Program-made: the position numbers and the translations under genes
Origin: Candidatus Levyibacteriota bacterium
GTDB lineage: Bacteria; Patescibacteriota; Microgenomatia; Levybacterales; UBA12049
Direction: 5' to 3'
Assembly: GCA_016186645.1 (NCBI GenBank)
Contig: JACPLF010000007.1
Coordinates: forward strand, 192,651 to 244,278
DNA length: 51,628 nucleotides
Notes under the pieces: generated by a model
Databases searched by the model: none
Told to the model about the DNA's origin: nothing
What the model saw: only the letters and a program-made list of their open reading frames with translations
Shown: positions 19,473 through 28,541 of the stretch, piece after piece
How positions within the stretch are numbered: position 1 is the first letter of the stretch
Layout: each line of letters opens with the position of its first letter

Positions 19473-19937
19473 CTACTTATTCACAAGAAATTCTTCCAAT
19501 TTTCTACCATCTTTTGAATTTGGATCCAAAGACAAACCTTTTTCTACATACATTTTGGCCTTTGACGTATTCCCTAGTCTATATTGCAAAATGGATGCCT
19601 GAAAATATGCATCTCTATAATTTTTCCTTTCTTCAATGACAGATTCCCAAAACAAAAGTTCACTTGTTAATTTTTCTCTTTCCAAATCAAGAGATTTCTT
19701 TGCTTTAAGATTTGTGTCTAAATCCATTCCAACAGTTACTACTGCCAATAAAAAAATAAGCGCGATAAATAATTTTAGGCTTCCTCTGTAAATTTTTAAC
19801 AGTAATGCGGAGTTGAATTTAGGGAAAGAGAATTTGAATGGTGCGGGAATAGTTCGGGAATTACTCGGGGATTGATTCTTCTTTTCCTTACCTGGTGTAT
19901 TTTTCTGAGTTTTTTTAAAAAAACGTTTTGGAGACAT
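19473..19937 (-). CDS. Hypothetical membrane protein with C-terminal TPR-like motif
   Basis: One TM segment, coiled coil, then YRDAYFQASILQYRLGN..KAKMYVEKGLSLDPN. Confidence 0.6.
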   Translation of the reverse strand: MSPKRFFKKTQKNTPGKEKKNQSPSNSRTIPAPFKFSFPKFNSALLLKIYRGSLKLFIALIFLLAVVTVGMDLDTNLKAKKSLDLEREKLTSELLFWESVIEERKNYRDAYFQASILQYRLGNTSKAKMYVEKGLSLDPNSKDGRKLEEFLVNK

Positions 19938-19955
19938 ACTATGTAATTAAAACTT

Positions 19956-20007
19956 TAAAGTTAAAAGTGAAAAGTTAATTTTGAACTTTGCATTTTGAAT
20001 TTTGAAT
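19956..20007. repeat. Inverted heptamer arrays in the spacer downstream of valS
   Basis: taaagtt-aaaagtg-aaaagtt followed by ttttgaa-ctttgca-ttttgaa-ttttgaa. Confidence 0.65.
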
Positions 20008-22182
20008 TTATTTTGGCCAGGTTTCAACCATTATGGATTTACCAAATTTAAGTCTCTGGTAGATTTCCTCGGTCACAAAAGGCATAAAAGGATGAAGAAG
20101 CTTTAAAAGTATTAAGTATAATGTATTAAGTATTATGTATGAATCAGGATTAATCCTATTTTTAATATCCTCAATATATTTATCTGCAAATTCGTGCCAA
20201 ACGAAATCGTAAAGCCCTTCAGCAGCGTAGTTAAAATTATATTTATCTAAATCATTCGTAACTTTTCCTATTAATTCGCTCACCTTTTCAATCATCGCTT
20301 TATCATTTTTATGTTTAGCTTTCTTTTTCAATTCCTCAATACTTACTACTTGATACTTACTACTTGATACATTCTTCATCTCAATAAACCGCCCCATATT
20401 CCACAACTTATTTGTAAATTTTCTTGCTGCATCAAGCTTGGGATAGGATAAGGCTTGATCATTACCGGTTGCGTTGCCATAAATTAAGGCAAAACGAACC
20501 GCATCTGCACCATATTGTTCAACCAATTCCAATGGATTGACAACATTCCCTTTGGACTTGCTCATTTTTTTTCCATAAGGATCGTTAACCAGCCCATGGA
20601 ATAATACATTATTAAACGGAACTTTTCCCGTTACATAAATACCCATCATAACCATTCGTGAAACCCAAGCTTTCAGAAGGTCGTATCCTGTTTCCATAAC
20701 AGAAGTTGGGTAAAACTTTTCAAAATCCCCATTGTAAGGGCTTGCCCTGAGTGCAGCGAATGGCCACTGAGAAGATGAAAACCAAGTGTCAAGTGTATCC
20801 TGATCTTGTTCTAAATTGGCTGAGTCACACTGCAGGCACTTCTTTGGTTTAGCACCATCAGTGACAGTCCAATGCCCATTGTCAGATATCGGAGTTCGGA
20901 GTTCGGATGGTTTAGGCTCTGATTTCCCACTTCTGATTTCCGACTTCTGGCACTTCCATGCAGGAATTTGAATTCCCCAAACAATTTGCCTTGAAATATT
21001 CCAATCTCTCAAATTTTCAAGCCATAAAAAATATTGTTTTTCAAAATTCGAAGGAGTAATTTTAATTTTCCCATCTTTAACTGCCTGTATTGCTTTTTGG
21101 CTCAAGGGTTTTACTTTTACAAACCATTGTTCCAAAGGCAAAGGCTGCAGCACATTTTTGCATTTATAGCAAACTCCTATTCTGTTTTTATAATTCTCGT
21201 CTATTTTCTCTATTAATCCCTTTTTCTGCATCTCTTCAACCACAGCCTTTCTTGCCTGCCTAACATACAAACCTTCAAATTTACCTGCAAAACGATTCAT
21301 TTTTCCATCAAATCCAATAACTTGTTTTAATGGCAGATTGTGGCGCTTTGCAACTTCAAAATCATTAAAATCATGAGCAGGAGTTATTTTTACAACTCCT
21401 GTTCCAAATTTCTGATCAACTGACTCATCTCCAATTACTTTTATTTTTGCTTTTCCTAACACTGTTTCTATTTCAATTTGCCGGCCAATATATTTTTGAT
21501 AACGCTTGTCCTGAGGATGAACAGCTACTCCAGTATCTCCGAACTTTGTCTCAGGACGGGTTGTTGCCAGAACCAAAGGTCCGTATTTTATATAATAAAG
21601 CGGGCTAATTCTTTCCTCATGAACTATTTCTAAATCCGAGAATGAAGTTCCATCAAACGTGCAATAATTAACCAGCCGATAATCGCGGTAAACCAATCCA
21701 TCATCATACATTTTTTTGAATGTTTTATGTACAAGTTTTACAATATCCGGATCAAGAGTGTATTTCGCCCTAGACCAATCTAAGGAAAAACCAAGGGTTC
21801 TCAATTGACTCTCTATTCCTCCCCTGTGTTCATTCACGTATTCTTCAATCATTTTGTAAAGAGTTTCTCTGTCAAAATCCAAGCGGGACTTTCCCTGATT
21901 TTTTAATCTTTTCTCAAAAACAAATTGAGTTTCTATTCCCGCGTGATCAGTTCCAGGAAGCCAAAGCGCAGCTTCCCCTTTCATCCTGTGGAAACGCACT
22001 AAAATATCTTCAATAGCAAACATTGCGTGGCCAAAATGAAGCGCTCCATTTGCATTTGGAGGCGGCAAAATTATTGAGTAAGGTTTGCCTTGCGGATTTA
22101 TTTCCGGCTTAAAATATCCTGAATTCTCCCATTCTTTATAAATTCTCTCCTCAACATCTTTGTGACTATAAACTTTATCCAT
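20008..22182 (-). CDS. valS: Valine--tRNA ligase (short form without the C-terminal coiled coil)
   Basis: PPPNANGALHFGHA (HIGH), PGTDHAGI, DWNISRQIVWG, DTLDTWFSS, KMSKSKGN, LLHPFMPFVTEEIY; ends at ETWPK. Confidence 0.96.
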   Translation of the reverse strand: MDKVYSHKDVEERIYKEWENSGYFKPEINPQGKPYSIILPPPNANGALHFGHAMFAIEDILVRFHRMKGEAALWLPGTDHAGIETQFVFEKRLKNQGKSRLDFDRETLYKMIEEYVNEHRGGIESQLRTLGFSLDWSRAKYTLDPDIVKLVHKTFKKMYDDGLVYRDYRLVNYCTFDGTSFSDLEIVHEERISPLYYIKYGPLVLATTRPETKFGDTGVAVHPQDKRYQKYIGRQIEIETVLGKAKIKVIGDESVDQKFGTGVVKITPAHDFNDFEVAKRHNLPLKQVIGFDGKMNRFAGKFEGLYVRQARKAVVEEMQKKGLIEKIDENYKNRIGVCYKCKNVLQPLPLEQWFVKVKPLSQKAIQAVKDGKIKITPSNFEKQYFLWLENLRDWNISRQIVWGIQIPAWKCQKSEIRSGKSEPKPSELRTPISDNGHWTVTDGAKPKKCLQCDSANLEQDQDTLDTWFSSSQWPFAALRASPYNGDFEKFYPTSVMETGYDLLKAWVSRMVMMGIYVTGKVPFNNVLFHGLVNDPYGKKMSKSKGNVVNPLELVEQYGADAVRFALIYGNATGNDQALSYPKLDAARKFTNKLWNMGRFIEMKNVSSSKYQVVSIEELKKKAKHKNDKAMIEKVSELIGKVTNDLDKYNFNYAAEGLYDFVWHEFADKYIEDIKNRINPDSYIILNTLYLILLKLLHPFMPFVTEEIYQRLKFGKSIMVETWPK

Positions 22183-22260
22183 CCCGTTAGAAAACCCTCC
22201 TTAACATATTATAACTAAAATATAAATAATCTGGTGTAAGAAGAAATTTTCTAACGGGAT
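22181..22260. repeat. Perfect 14-bp inverted repeat bracketing the valS promoter
   Basis: atcccgttagaaaa (22181-22194) and ttttctaacgggat (22247-22260), with a 52-bp spacer holding the - strand TATAAT and AAGGAGG. Confidence 0.8.
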
Positions 22261-22281
22261 CCACGAATTCATTTTATCATA

Positions 22282-22322
22282 TTGACATAAATGAAAAAGA
22301 AGAGTATGCTGTATACAGCATA
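22282..22322 (+). promoter_or_regulatory. Promoter and palindromic operator of the RHH-VapC module
   Basis: TTGACA(22282)-17 bp-TATGCT(22305); perfect 18-bp palindrome TATGCTGTATACAGCATA (22305-22322). Confidence 0.75.
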
Positions 22323-22364
22323 TGACCCTTCGACAAGCTCAGGGTCATGCTGAGGTAATCGAAG
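22322..22364. repeat. REP-like palindromic element in a 5' UTR
   Basis: Hairpin ATGACCC-ttcgacaagctca-GGGTCAT followed by the inverted half ctgaggtaatcgaag. The 19-mer cccttcgacaagctcaggg recurs with 2 mismatches in rplY (19396-19414). Confidence 0.75.
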
Positions 22365-22365
22365 T

Positions 22366-22617
22366 ATGATGCACCGAACCCAAGTCTATTTTGAACCGGA
22401 AATTTTAGAGATACTCAGAGAAGAGGCCAAATACAAGAAAACAACCTTGGCGAGTGTTATCCGTGAGAAAGTGGAAAAAAGTGTGAAGAAGAAAAAAAAG
22501 GTAAAACAAAAAAGTGCCGCAGAGACACTTTTAGGCCTTGCTAGGCTTGGAGAAAAACTTAAAGTAAATGGTCCTAAAGATCTTTCTCAAAGGATAGATG
22601 AGTTTGTATACAGATGA
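22366..22617 (+). CDS. Antitoxin (RHH/CopG-like)
   Basis: HRTQVYFEPE...LASVIREKVE...GPKDLSQRIDEFVY; ATGA overlap with the toxin. Confidence 0.75.
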   Translation: MMHRTQVYFEPEILEILREEAKYKKTTLASVIREKVEKSVKKKKKVKQKSAAETLLGLARLGEKLKVNGPKDLSQRIDEFVYR

Positions 22618-23033
22618 ATGAAATTGTTTTTATAGATGCCAATGTCTTATGCGGATTATTTAATAATAAAGACTCCCTTCACGAGAAATCAAAAAAAGCA
22701 ATAGGATTATTAAGAGAATCCTCATTTGCAATTTCCAATTTCATACTTCTTGAATGTTATACGATAATCTCGCAACGGACTTCCAAAAAAAATTCTATTC
22801 TTTTTAGAGAATATATGTTTACCAATAAACAGTACGAGGTTTTTTGGATTGATCGAAAACTAGAAGATGAGACTTGGACAATTTTCCAATCTATCAAGGA
22901 TAAAAATTTCAGCTATGTAGACGCTAGTATTTTGGCTGCTATGAAGAAGGGGGGAATAACCGATCTTCTTTCTTTTGACACCGGATTTGCTCAGCTTCAA
23001 AAAATATTTGGCTTTACACTAATAGGAGCTTAA
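22614..23033 (+). CDS. PIN-domain VapC toxin
   Basis: VFIDANVL...ILLECYT...FSYVDASILA...LLSFDTGF. Confidence 0.85.
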   Translation: MNEIVFIDANVLCGLFNNKDSLHEKSKKAIGLLRESSFAISNFILLECYTIISQRTSKKNSILFREYMFTNKQYEVFWIDRKLEDETWTIFQSIKDKNFSYVDASILAAMKKGGITDLLSFDTGFAQLQKIFGFTLIGA

Positions 23034-23176
23034 CTGCTGCAAATTCACGGTATTTTGCCAATATTACGTGGACTTAGGGCATTTCGGGGCATGATTCACG
23101 CTATAATAAATTCGTGACTCATTCTAACACAGCTGTATTGAGACCACAATTCAGGAAAAGAGGCTTTTCTAAAGAT

Positions 23177-23815
23177 TCAAGGAGTTAAAGTAGCCATTTT
23201 TCGAGGAAGCACTACCGCCTGAATAACAAATACATCGCGATCAGCAAAGTTGCGAGGCCAGCTAAAAATGTGAAGGGGGGACGGATCAGGAACAAGATTA
23301 TCGTTCTCATAAGAAGGCCTGCCAACAATGAGATTCTGCTCACTTGTACGGACAAATTGATCTGGTAATAACAGCAACTTTCCTGTTACATGTCTATATT
23401 CAAAGTCCAACTGTGCTGTAGCTGAAGCATTCAGAATACTCATACTGATGGCATGTCTTACTTCAAATGGCAATTTTCCTTTAAGTGCAAATTCCCTCTC
23501 CCCAATCAGATAGTCTTGACCAGCAGCTCCTAAATTGTTGCTATTTTCTACTAATATACTATTAGGATTAATGGCAACTTTCATTTGCAAGGAAACAGTA
23601 TTACGCAATGCTTCGGCGATATTAACATCGCCAAAAAGAGCTTCTATTTCTTTGTCTGTAAAAAGAATATGGTTAATCGCTAATGGCTTAATAGGAGTAA
23701 CAAAAGTATAACCTTCTTTTGCTAAGGCTTCAAGGGTTAATGTATATAGTTCTTCATTTACCTCTGGGATTTCAAATCTTGCTTCTGAAGGAAGTGCTCG
23801 GTTTTCAACTGACAT
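23177..23815 (-). CDS. Hypothetical protein, paralogous to the frameshifted gene at 28542-29140
   Basis: 212-aa ATG ORF sharing ordered motifs with the 28.5-29.1 kb gene (see findings). Confidence 0.65.
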   Translation of the reverse strand: MSVENRALPSEARFEIPEVNEELYTLTLEALAKEGYTFVTPIKPLAINHILFTDKEIEALFGDVNIAEALRNTVSLQMKVAINPNSILVENSNNLGAAGQDYLIGEREFALKGKLPFEVRHAISMSILNASATAQLDFEYRHVTGKLLLLPDQFVRTSEQNLIVGRPSYENDNLVPDPSPLHIFSWPRNFADRDVFVIQAVVLPRKMATLTP

Positions 23816-23876
23816 AGGACTATTTTATATCACAACCATAATCTAAATGTCAAATTTTTCAGCGTGCGTAACCATA

Positions 23877-23905
23877 TTGACAAATAGTATGTTTTGTCAT
23901 AGAAT
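23877..23905 (+). promoter_or_regulatory. Leaderless promoter with operator inverted repeat for the BrnT module
   Basis: TTGACA-17 bp-TAGAAT, 5 nt before GTG 23911; IR TGACAAA (23878-23884)/TTTGTCA (23893-23899). Confidence 0.75.
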
Positions 23906-23910
23906 AAACC

Positions 23911-24192
23911 GTGAAGTATTTTGATTGGGATAAAGAGAAGAATCAGAAGCTGAAAAAAGAAAGAGATGTTTCATTCGAGGATGTAATAAATGCCATAAAC
24001 GCAGAAAGAGTACTGCATAGAGGCAACCATCCCAGTCAAAAAAAATATCCTGGTCAGAAAATTATAGTAGTAGAGATAAAAGATTATGCCTATGTAGTTC
24101 CGTTCGTAGAGGATAAAGAAAAAATCTTTTTTAAAACCATAATACCAAACAGGAAAGCAACTAAAAAATACTTAAGAAAGGAGGATAAATGA
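23911..24192 (+). CDS. BrnT-family toxin
   Basis: YFDWDKEKNQKLKKERDVSFED...YVVPFVE...IFFKTIIP.RKATKKY. Confidence 0.8.
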   Translation: MKYFDWDKEKNQKLKKERDVSFEDVINAINAERVLHRGNHPSQKKYPGQKIIVVEIKDYAYVVPFVEDKEKIFFKTIIPNRKATKKYLRKEDK

Positions 24193-24449
24193 AACACATT
24201 ATACTTGACAAAGAAGAAGAGCAGATTCTGAAAGACTTTGAAGATGGTAAATATGTAAGAGTGAAGAATTTTGAACAAGAAAAAAAACGACTACAGGAAA
24301 TTGCGAGAAATACCTTGAAAAAGACAAAGAACATTAATCTTCGTCTTTCGGAGAAAGTCGTTCACAAGCTTAAGATTAAAGCAGCAGAAGAAGGCATACC
24401 CTACCAGACTCTTGCCTCTTCTATTCTTCACAAATTCGTAAATAACTAA
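24189..24449 (+). CDS. CopG/BrnA-like antitoxin
   Basis: LDKEEEQIL...KTKNINLRLS...KIKAAEEGIPYQTLASSILH. Confidence 0.8.
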   Translation: MKHIILDKEEEQILKDFEDGKYVRVKNFEQEKKRLQEIARNTLKKTKNINLRLSEKVVHKLKIKAAEEGIPYQTLASSILHKFVNN

Positions 24450-24482
24450 AAACCTTTTCATGATTCCCGAGGAATTAACGAG

Positions 24483-25778
24483 TTATTCCCTAAACTCTAC
24501 CATTTTATACCCCCTGGTCTTGACTGTCTGGATTTCAAATTTGGCATTTTGCGATTTTAGCTTAACCCTTAATCTTGCGACTAATCTGTCAATTGCCCAA
24601 TCGGAAACTCCAAATTCTTCAACCTCAGGCCAGACTGCCTGAATAATTTCTTCTCTCTCGCAAATAATTCCGATTTTACTTTTAAGAAAAGTGAAAAGTA
24701 AATGTTCTTTTTTGCTAAGCTCTACGCTTGATGTAACTCTTTTTGTAATTTGTCTTTGTTTCAGATAATGGCTGAAAAGCAGACTAAAAACTACATCCCC
24801 AATTACAAATCCGCTATCCCACAGATAAGAAGCAGTTCTTCTTTCCTCACTCGTTATTTTCTGACTTTTCTCTATTTTAAGTAAAACATTTTGCTCCGAT
24901 CCCACTAGGCTTTCCCAAAGTTCTTCTGACTGTAGTATGATTCTTTCGTCATTGGATAAGAAATCAAAAAGTTCTTGCTTGTTTTTAACTTTAGTTCCTG
25001 ATTCATGAAAAGAAATAAGAGCCAGCTGAAGATATTGAACATATCCATCAACAACCTCAAAAAGAACAGTTTCCAGAATTGGCGAAAGGGATAGTTTTAC
25101 TCTCGCCTTATATGTATCATAAATTATTTTTGTGTCCTTTTTTTCAGCTGGATGAATATACATATTTTGGGCAAAAAGAGAAATAGAAGATTTTGTAAAA
25201 ACCTGCGGAGCCAAATCTGTTAGTCCTCTAAAGCTTGTGAAAACATATGAAACTTTACGATTCGCAGCATCTTTGAGTCCTTGAAGATTTCCGAAAAGCT
25301 CTGGGGTAACAACTTCTCTTAGTCTATCGAATCGTATAAAAAATATTGTAGGCAGCACATTTTCTTGTGTGATTTTAGCTAGACTTTTTTTAATACTTTC
25401 TATTGTCAAAAAAGTGTCCTTGGACTGCATGCTGTCCAAAAATAATCTTTCCACGTATTTCTTTGTTGGTTTTCCCAAGGTTGAATTCTCAACAACATCA
25501 TAAATTCTCTTAAGAGTAAGTATCCAAAAAGGAAAAACTTCCCTTTCAACAAGATCATTTAAATCAACAGGAATAAATAGATGCGAATTACCGTCTTTTA
25601 TATAAGTTTTCGCAATTCCTTTATGATTGAGGAAAAAGCGAAGAAAGTTGCTAATTCCAACCCGTTTCATTCCAATTAATACAACTGAATTGCGGTTCTT
25701 AAGATGCTGACCTAATTCCACGGCATCATTCTTCCTAAACGAAATCGGATAAACTGCCTCAATTACTCCGTTTTCCAT
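24483..25778 (-). CDS. AAA/STAND-like domain fused to a C-terminal OmpR/PhoB-type winged-helix DNA-binding domain
   Basis: C-terminal LSKKEHLLFTFL...ICEREEIIQAVW...AIDRLVARLRVKL...IQTVKTRGYKM; N-terminal degenerate P-loop GMKRVGISN. Confidence 0.75.
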   Translation of the reverse strand: MENGVIEAVYPISFRKNDAVELGQHLKNRNSVVLIGMKRVGISNFLRFFLNHKGIAKTYIKDGNSHLFIPVDLNDLVEREVFPFWILTLKRIYDVVENSTLGKPTKKYVERLFLDSMQSKDTFLTIESIKKSLAKITQENVLPTIFFIRFDRLREVVTPELFGNLQGLKDAANRKVSYVFTSFRGLTDLAPQVFTKSSISLFAQNMYIHPAEKKDTKIIYDTYKARVKLSLSPILETVLFEVVDGYVQYLQLALISFHESGTKVKNKQELFDFLSNDERIILQSEELWESLVGSEQNVLLKIEKSQKITSEERRTASYLWDSGFVIGDVVFSLLFSHYLKQRQITKRVTSSVELSKKEHLLFTFLKSKIGIICEREEIIQAVWPEVEEFGVSDWAIDRLVARLRVKLKSQNAKFEIQTVKTRGYKMVEFRE

Positions 25779-25803
25779 AGATGCTCTATTTTATACTACT
25801 TCG

Positions 25804-28383
25804 CTATTTTTTAGCAAATCCGACAATTAGATTTTCATCCCTGACTATTTTCTTTGAATAAGATGTTGTCCCTTCAATAACATTAAAGCTATTAGGAAAC
25901 TCAAGAGAAAAAGAATAAGGCAGGTTGTCGATTCCCGGCTGTTTAAATAATTTAAGATTATATGAAAAATTATTTAAATTTGAAACATTATTTTTAAGCG
26001 CGTACTTTATCTTTATTTTTATTATCTCTCCCACTGGAATATTAACAATAAATCCATAGATTGTTTTATTACCATCATTCACTTTTTCTACTTCAAGACC
26101 TGGTGGCGGCTTAAAATCTTTTGCTTCATAAATTAAGGGGTCAGTAATTGCATCAATTAAAACCTGAGAAACATTCTGAATTGATATTTCAGATATGTTT
26201 GCGTCTTCTGGCAAAATGATTCTAAGATAGTTTTTGTAACCTCCGCCTGGCCAAGATGTACTTGCATTTTTATAACTAATATTTAATTCTTCCGAAATGC
26301 TTCCATTGTCCTCTATTGCAACTTTATGATCAATTTTTCTTGAAATAAAATAATTAACTTTGTTAACTCCCAAATTTGCCTCAATAATACCCAAAAAATC
26401 ATTAACTGATTTTTCATCATCTATTCTTTCGTCCCAAAGAGAGGAAGACCAACCATTCACAGTAAAAATATTCTGTGTATTATCATTGAATGCAAATAGT
26501 AAGTGTTTCTGAACTAAAGAATCAGATATCGCTTGAGCTACTGAAAGATACGGCACATTATGCTGCGAAATCTTGTCCATTATTGCCCTGTATAAAGATC
26601 TTAGAAAATCCTTTTTCTGTGTTGAACCCGGAAAAAAGTTTTTTTCCGCATGCGACTGTGTAATAATATAAAGATTATTTTCATCAACATTTTCTTTATA
26701 ATCCGGCACGTATACAGGACCTATTGCGTGAAGAATGTTTTTGACAAAACTCACATCTACACCAATTACTCCATCACTCTTAACTCCTGTTTCAACATAT
26801 AAAAAGTTAGAAGAAGCTGATGCGGCTTTTACAAAATCTATGTCAAAATTACCGTCTCTCATATACCAATGGGCCGATGGAAGATACCTTCTTATTGCAA
26901 AGGGTGGCTCTAGATGCCCTTTTAATTGCCCGTCCGCATCATATACATCATGAATTGTAAATTCAGTAATTTTACCCAAGTTTATTTTCAAAATTCCGTA
27001 GGACCCAATAAAACCTCCTCCAGGTCTTAACTCCATATTGTTTTGAAAAAGCACCAAATAAGTTCTCTGACCTTCTATTCCAACAATATTTGGCAGAACA
27101 TCCGAAGCATTAGACAGAAGTTTAATGAAAGGATCTACTACTTCTAGCTTTTGCAAAAAAGAGTCGGAAACTTTTCCCTCAGCTTTTATTTTTTCAAGAA
27201 TAACAATTGAACTTTTCAGATAATTCTGCCACTTCGAAAAATCATCTACCGGATTATCGCTTTTGCCTGAGAAAATTTTAGAAAAATAAATTTCTGAATC
27301 AAATGCATACAAAACCCCTTGAGATATTTTATGTCCTAATTCTAAGTTCTGCGAGAATCTTTTTAAATTATTTTCTCGTCCAATAATTTTTGCTTGAAAA
27401 TGTAAAGCCTTGGACGCTTGCCTGCCAACATAGAAAAATGTGTTGGAAAGACGAAGCGAGCTCTTGGCTCTTATAAAGTTTCCTCTATCTATTTCCTCTT
27501 TCGCAAGATAAAGTGTGTTTAAGCCAAGAAAAGAAAAAAACAGAGCAAAAATCAGCGGGGAAATAAATAAAAATATTAATACCCATAAAATTTTTAAAGA
27601 AAAACTTTTCTTTCCTTTATATTTTGTCTGCGTATTTTCTTTCCCCTCATTTGTTGCGCCGGCCGGCGGATTTCCATAAATATCTATAGCTCTGATTTTT
27701 TTAGAAAGTGCATACTTGTCTTCCAACAGATACTTACCATTTTGAGGGAAATGGACAATCCCCTTTCTTGGATCACTCCTTATAAAATCTATATTAATTT
27801 GCGGATTGGCCTTTTGAATCATGTGAGCTAAAGAAAGCTCAGTGACCGGATGCTTTGGGAAAAGATAAAAAAGAGAATGCTTGTCATTCATGCCAAATAC
27901 AAGATCAATTAACCCATCGACAACATCGTTAATAAATACTGGATGTGTCATCCTAAGACCATCTCCCAGAATTTGGATTTTCCCAAACATTTTTCCTTGA
28001 TATATAAATTTATTTATGACTGACTTAAAACTTTCCGTTCTTAAAATTAACTTATTGCCGAAAATATCCCCATATAAAACTACTTTTGAGCTGGAATATA
28101 AACCAAGGACTTTCTCTGCATAAATATCTTTTGAGGCCATATCCTGTGCAAAAATGAAGCCTGAGTTAATTCCTTTTGCCTTCTTGATTATTTGGGGTAA
28201 AAATTCCAAGCTCCCATTCTCATCCGCAATAAATATAATGTGGGAATATTTATTATCAGTAATCACCGGAAACTTCTTCCATTTACTAATCAAGACAACA
28301 GGAAATTCTTTGGAAAGTTTAAGAGAAAGAGGTTCGCCTATTAATCCTGTTTTGTCAATTATGAGAATTGGGGCAGATTTCAT
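25804..28383 (-). CDS. DUF4012-domain membrane-anchored protein with a degenerate epimerase/SDR-like N-terminal domain
   Basis: RTYLVLFQNNMELRPGGGFIGSYG, RDGNFDIDF, DGVIGVD, EANLGVNKVN, YKNYLRI, KQPG; TM helix near residue 270. Confidence 0.75.
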   Translation of the reverse strand: MKSAPILIIDKTGLIGEPLSLKLSKEFPVVLISKWKKFPVITDNKYSHIIFIADENGSLEFLPQIIKKAKGINSGFIFAQDMASKDIYAEKVLGLYSSSKVVLYGDIFGNKLILRTESFKSVINKFIYQGKMFGKIQILGDGLRMTHPVFINDVVDGLIDLVFGMNDKHSLFYLFPKHPVTELSLAHMIQKANPQINIDFIRSDPRKGIVHFPQNGKYLLEDKYALSKKIRAIDIYGNPPAGATNEGKENTQTKYKGKKSFSLKILWVLIFLFISPLIFALFFSFLGLNTLYLAKEEIDRGNFIRAKSSLRLSNTFFYVGRQASKALHFQAKIIGRENNLKRFSQNLELGHKISQGVLYAFDSEIYFSKIFSGKSDNPVDDFSKWQNYLKSSIVILEKIKAEGKVSDSFLQKLEVVDPFIKLLSNASDVLPNIVGIEGQRTYLVLFQNNMELRPGGGFIGSYGILKINLGKITEFTIHDVYDADGQLKGHLEPPFAIRRYLPSAHWYMRDGNFDIDFVKAASASSNFLYVETGVKSDGVIGVDVSFVKNILHAIGPVYVPDYKENVDENNLYIITQSHAEKNFFPGSTQKKDFLRSLYRAIMDKISQHNVPYLSVAQAISDSLVQKHLLFAFNDNTQNIFTVNGWSSSLWDERIDDEKSVNDFLGIIEANLGVNKVNYFISRKIDHKVAIEDNGSISEELNISYKNASTSWPGGGYKNYLRIILPEDANISEISIQNVSQVLIDAITDPLIYEAKDFKPPPGLEVEKVNDGNKTIYGFIVNIPVGEIIKIKIKYALKNNVSNLNNFSYNLKLFKQPGIDNLPYSFSLEFPNSFNVIEGTTSYSKKIVRDENLIVGFAKK

Positions 28384-28442
28384 TAAATCTATTTTATACC
28401 ACTCCGCTTTGAATTTGCAAAGATTTGGTATATGCCTCCGTA

Positions 28443-28461
28443 GCCCCGATTTGATCGGGGC
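28443..28461. repeat. GC-rich intergenic hairpin (REP-like)
   Basis: gccccgat-ttg-atcggggc, a perfect 8-bp stem. Confidence 0.6.
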
Positions 28462-28541
28462 GAAGGGGTATAGGTTAGTTTAACTACATTGTCCAGCCAC
28501 CGAATTCACCAGCCAAAACCAAAAGGCCAAATTGCTAAGTT

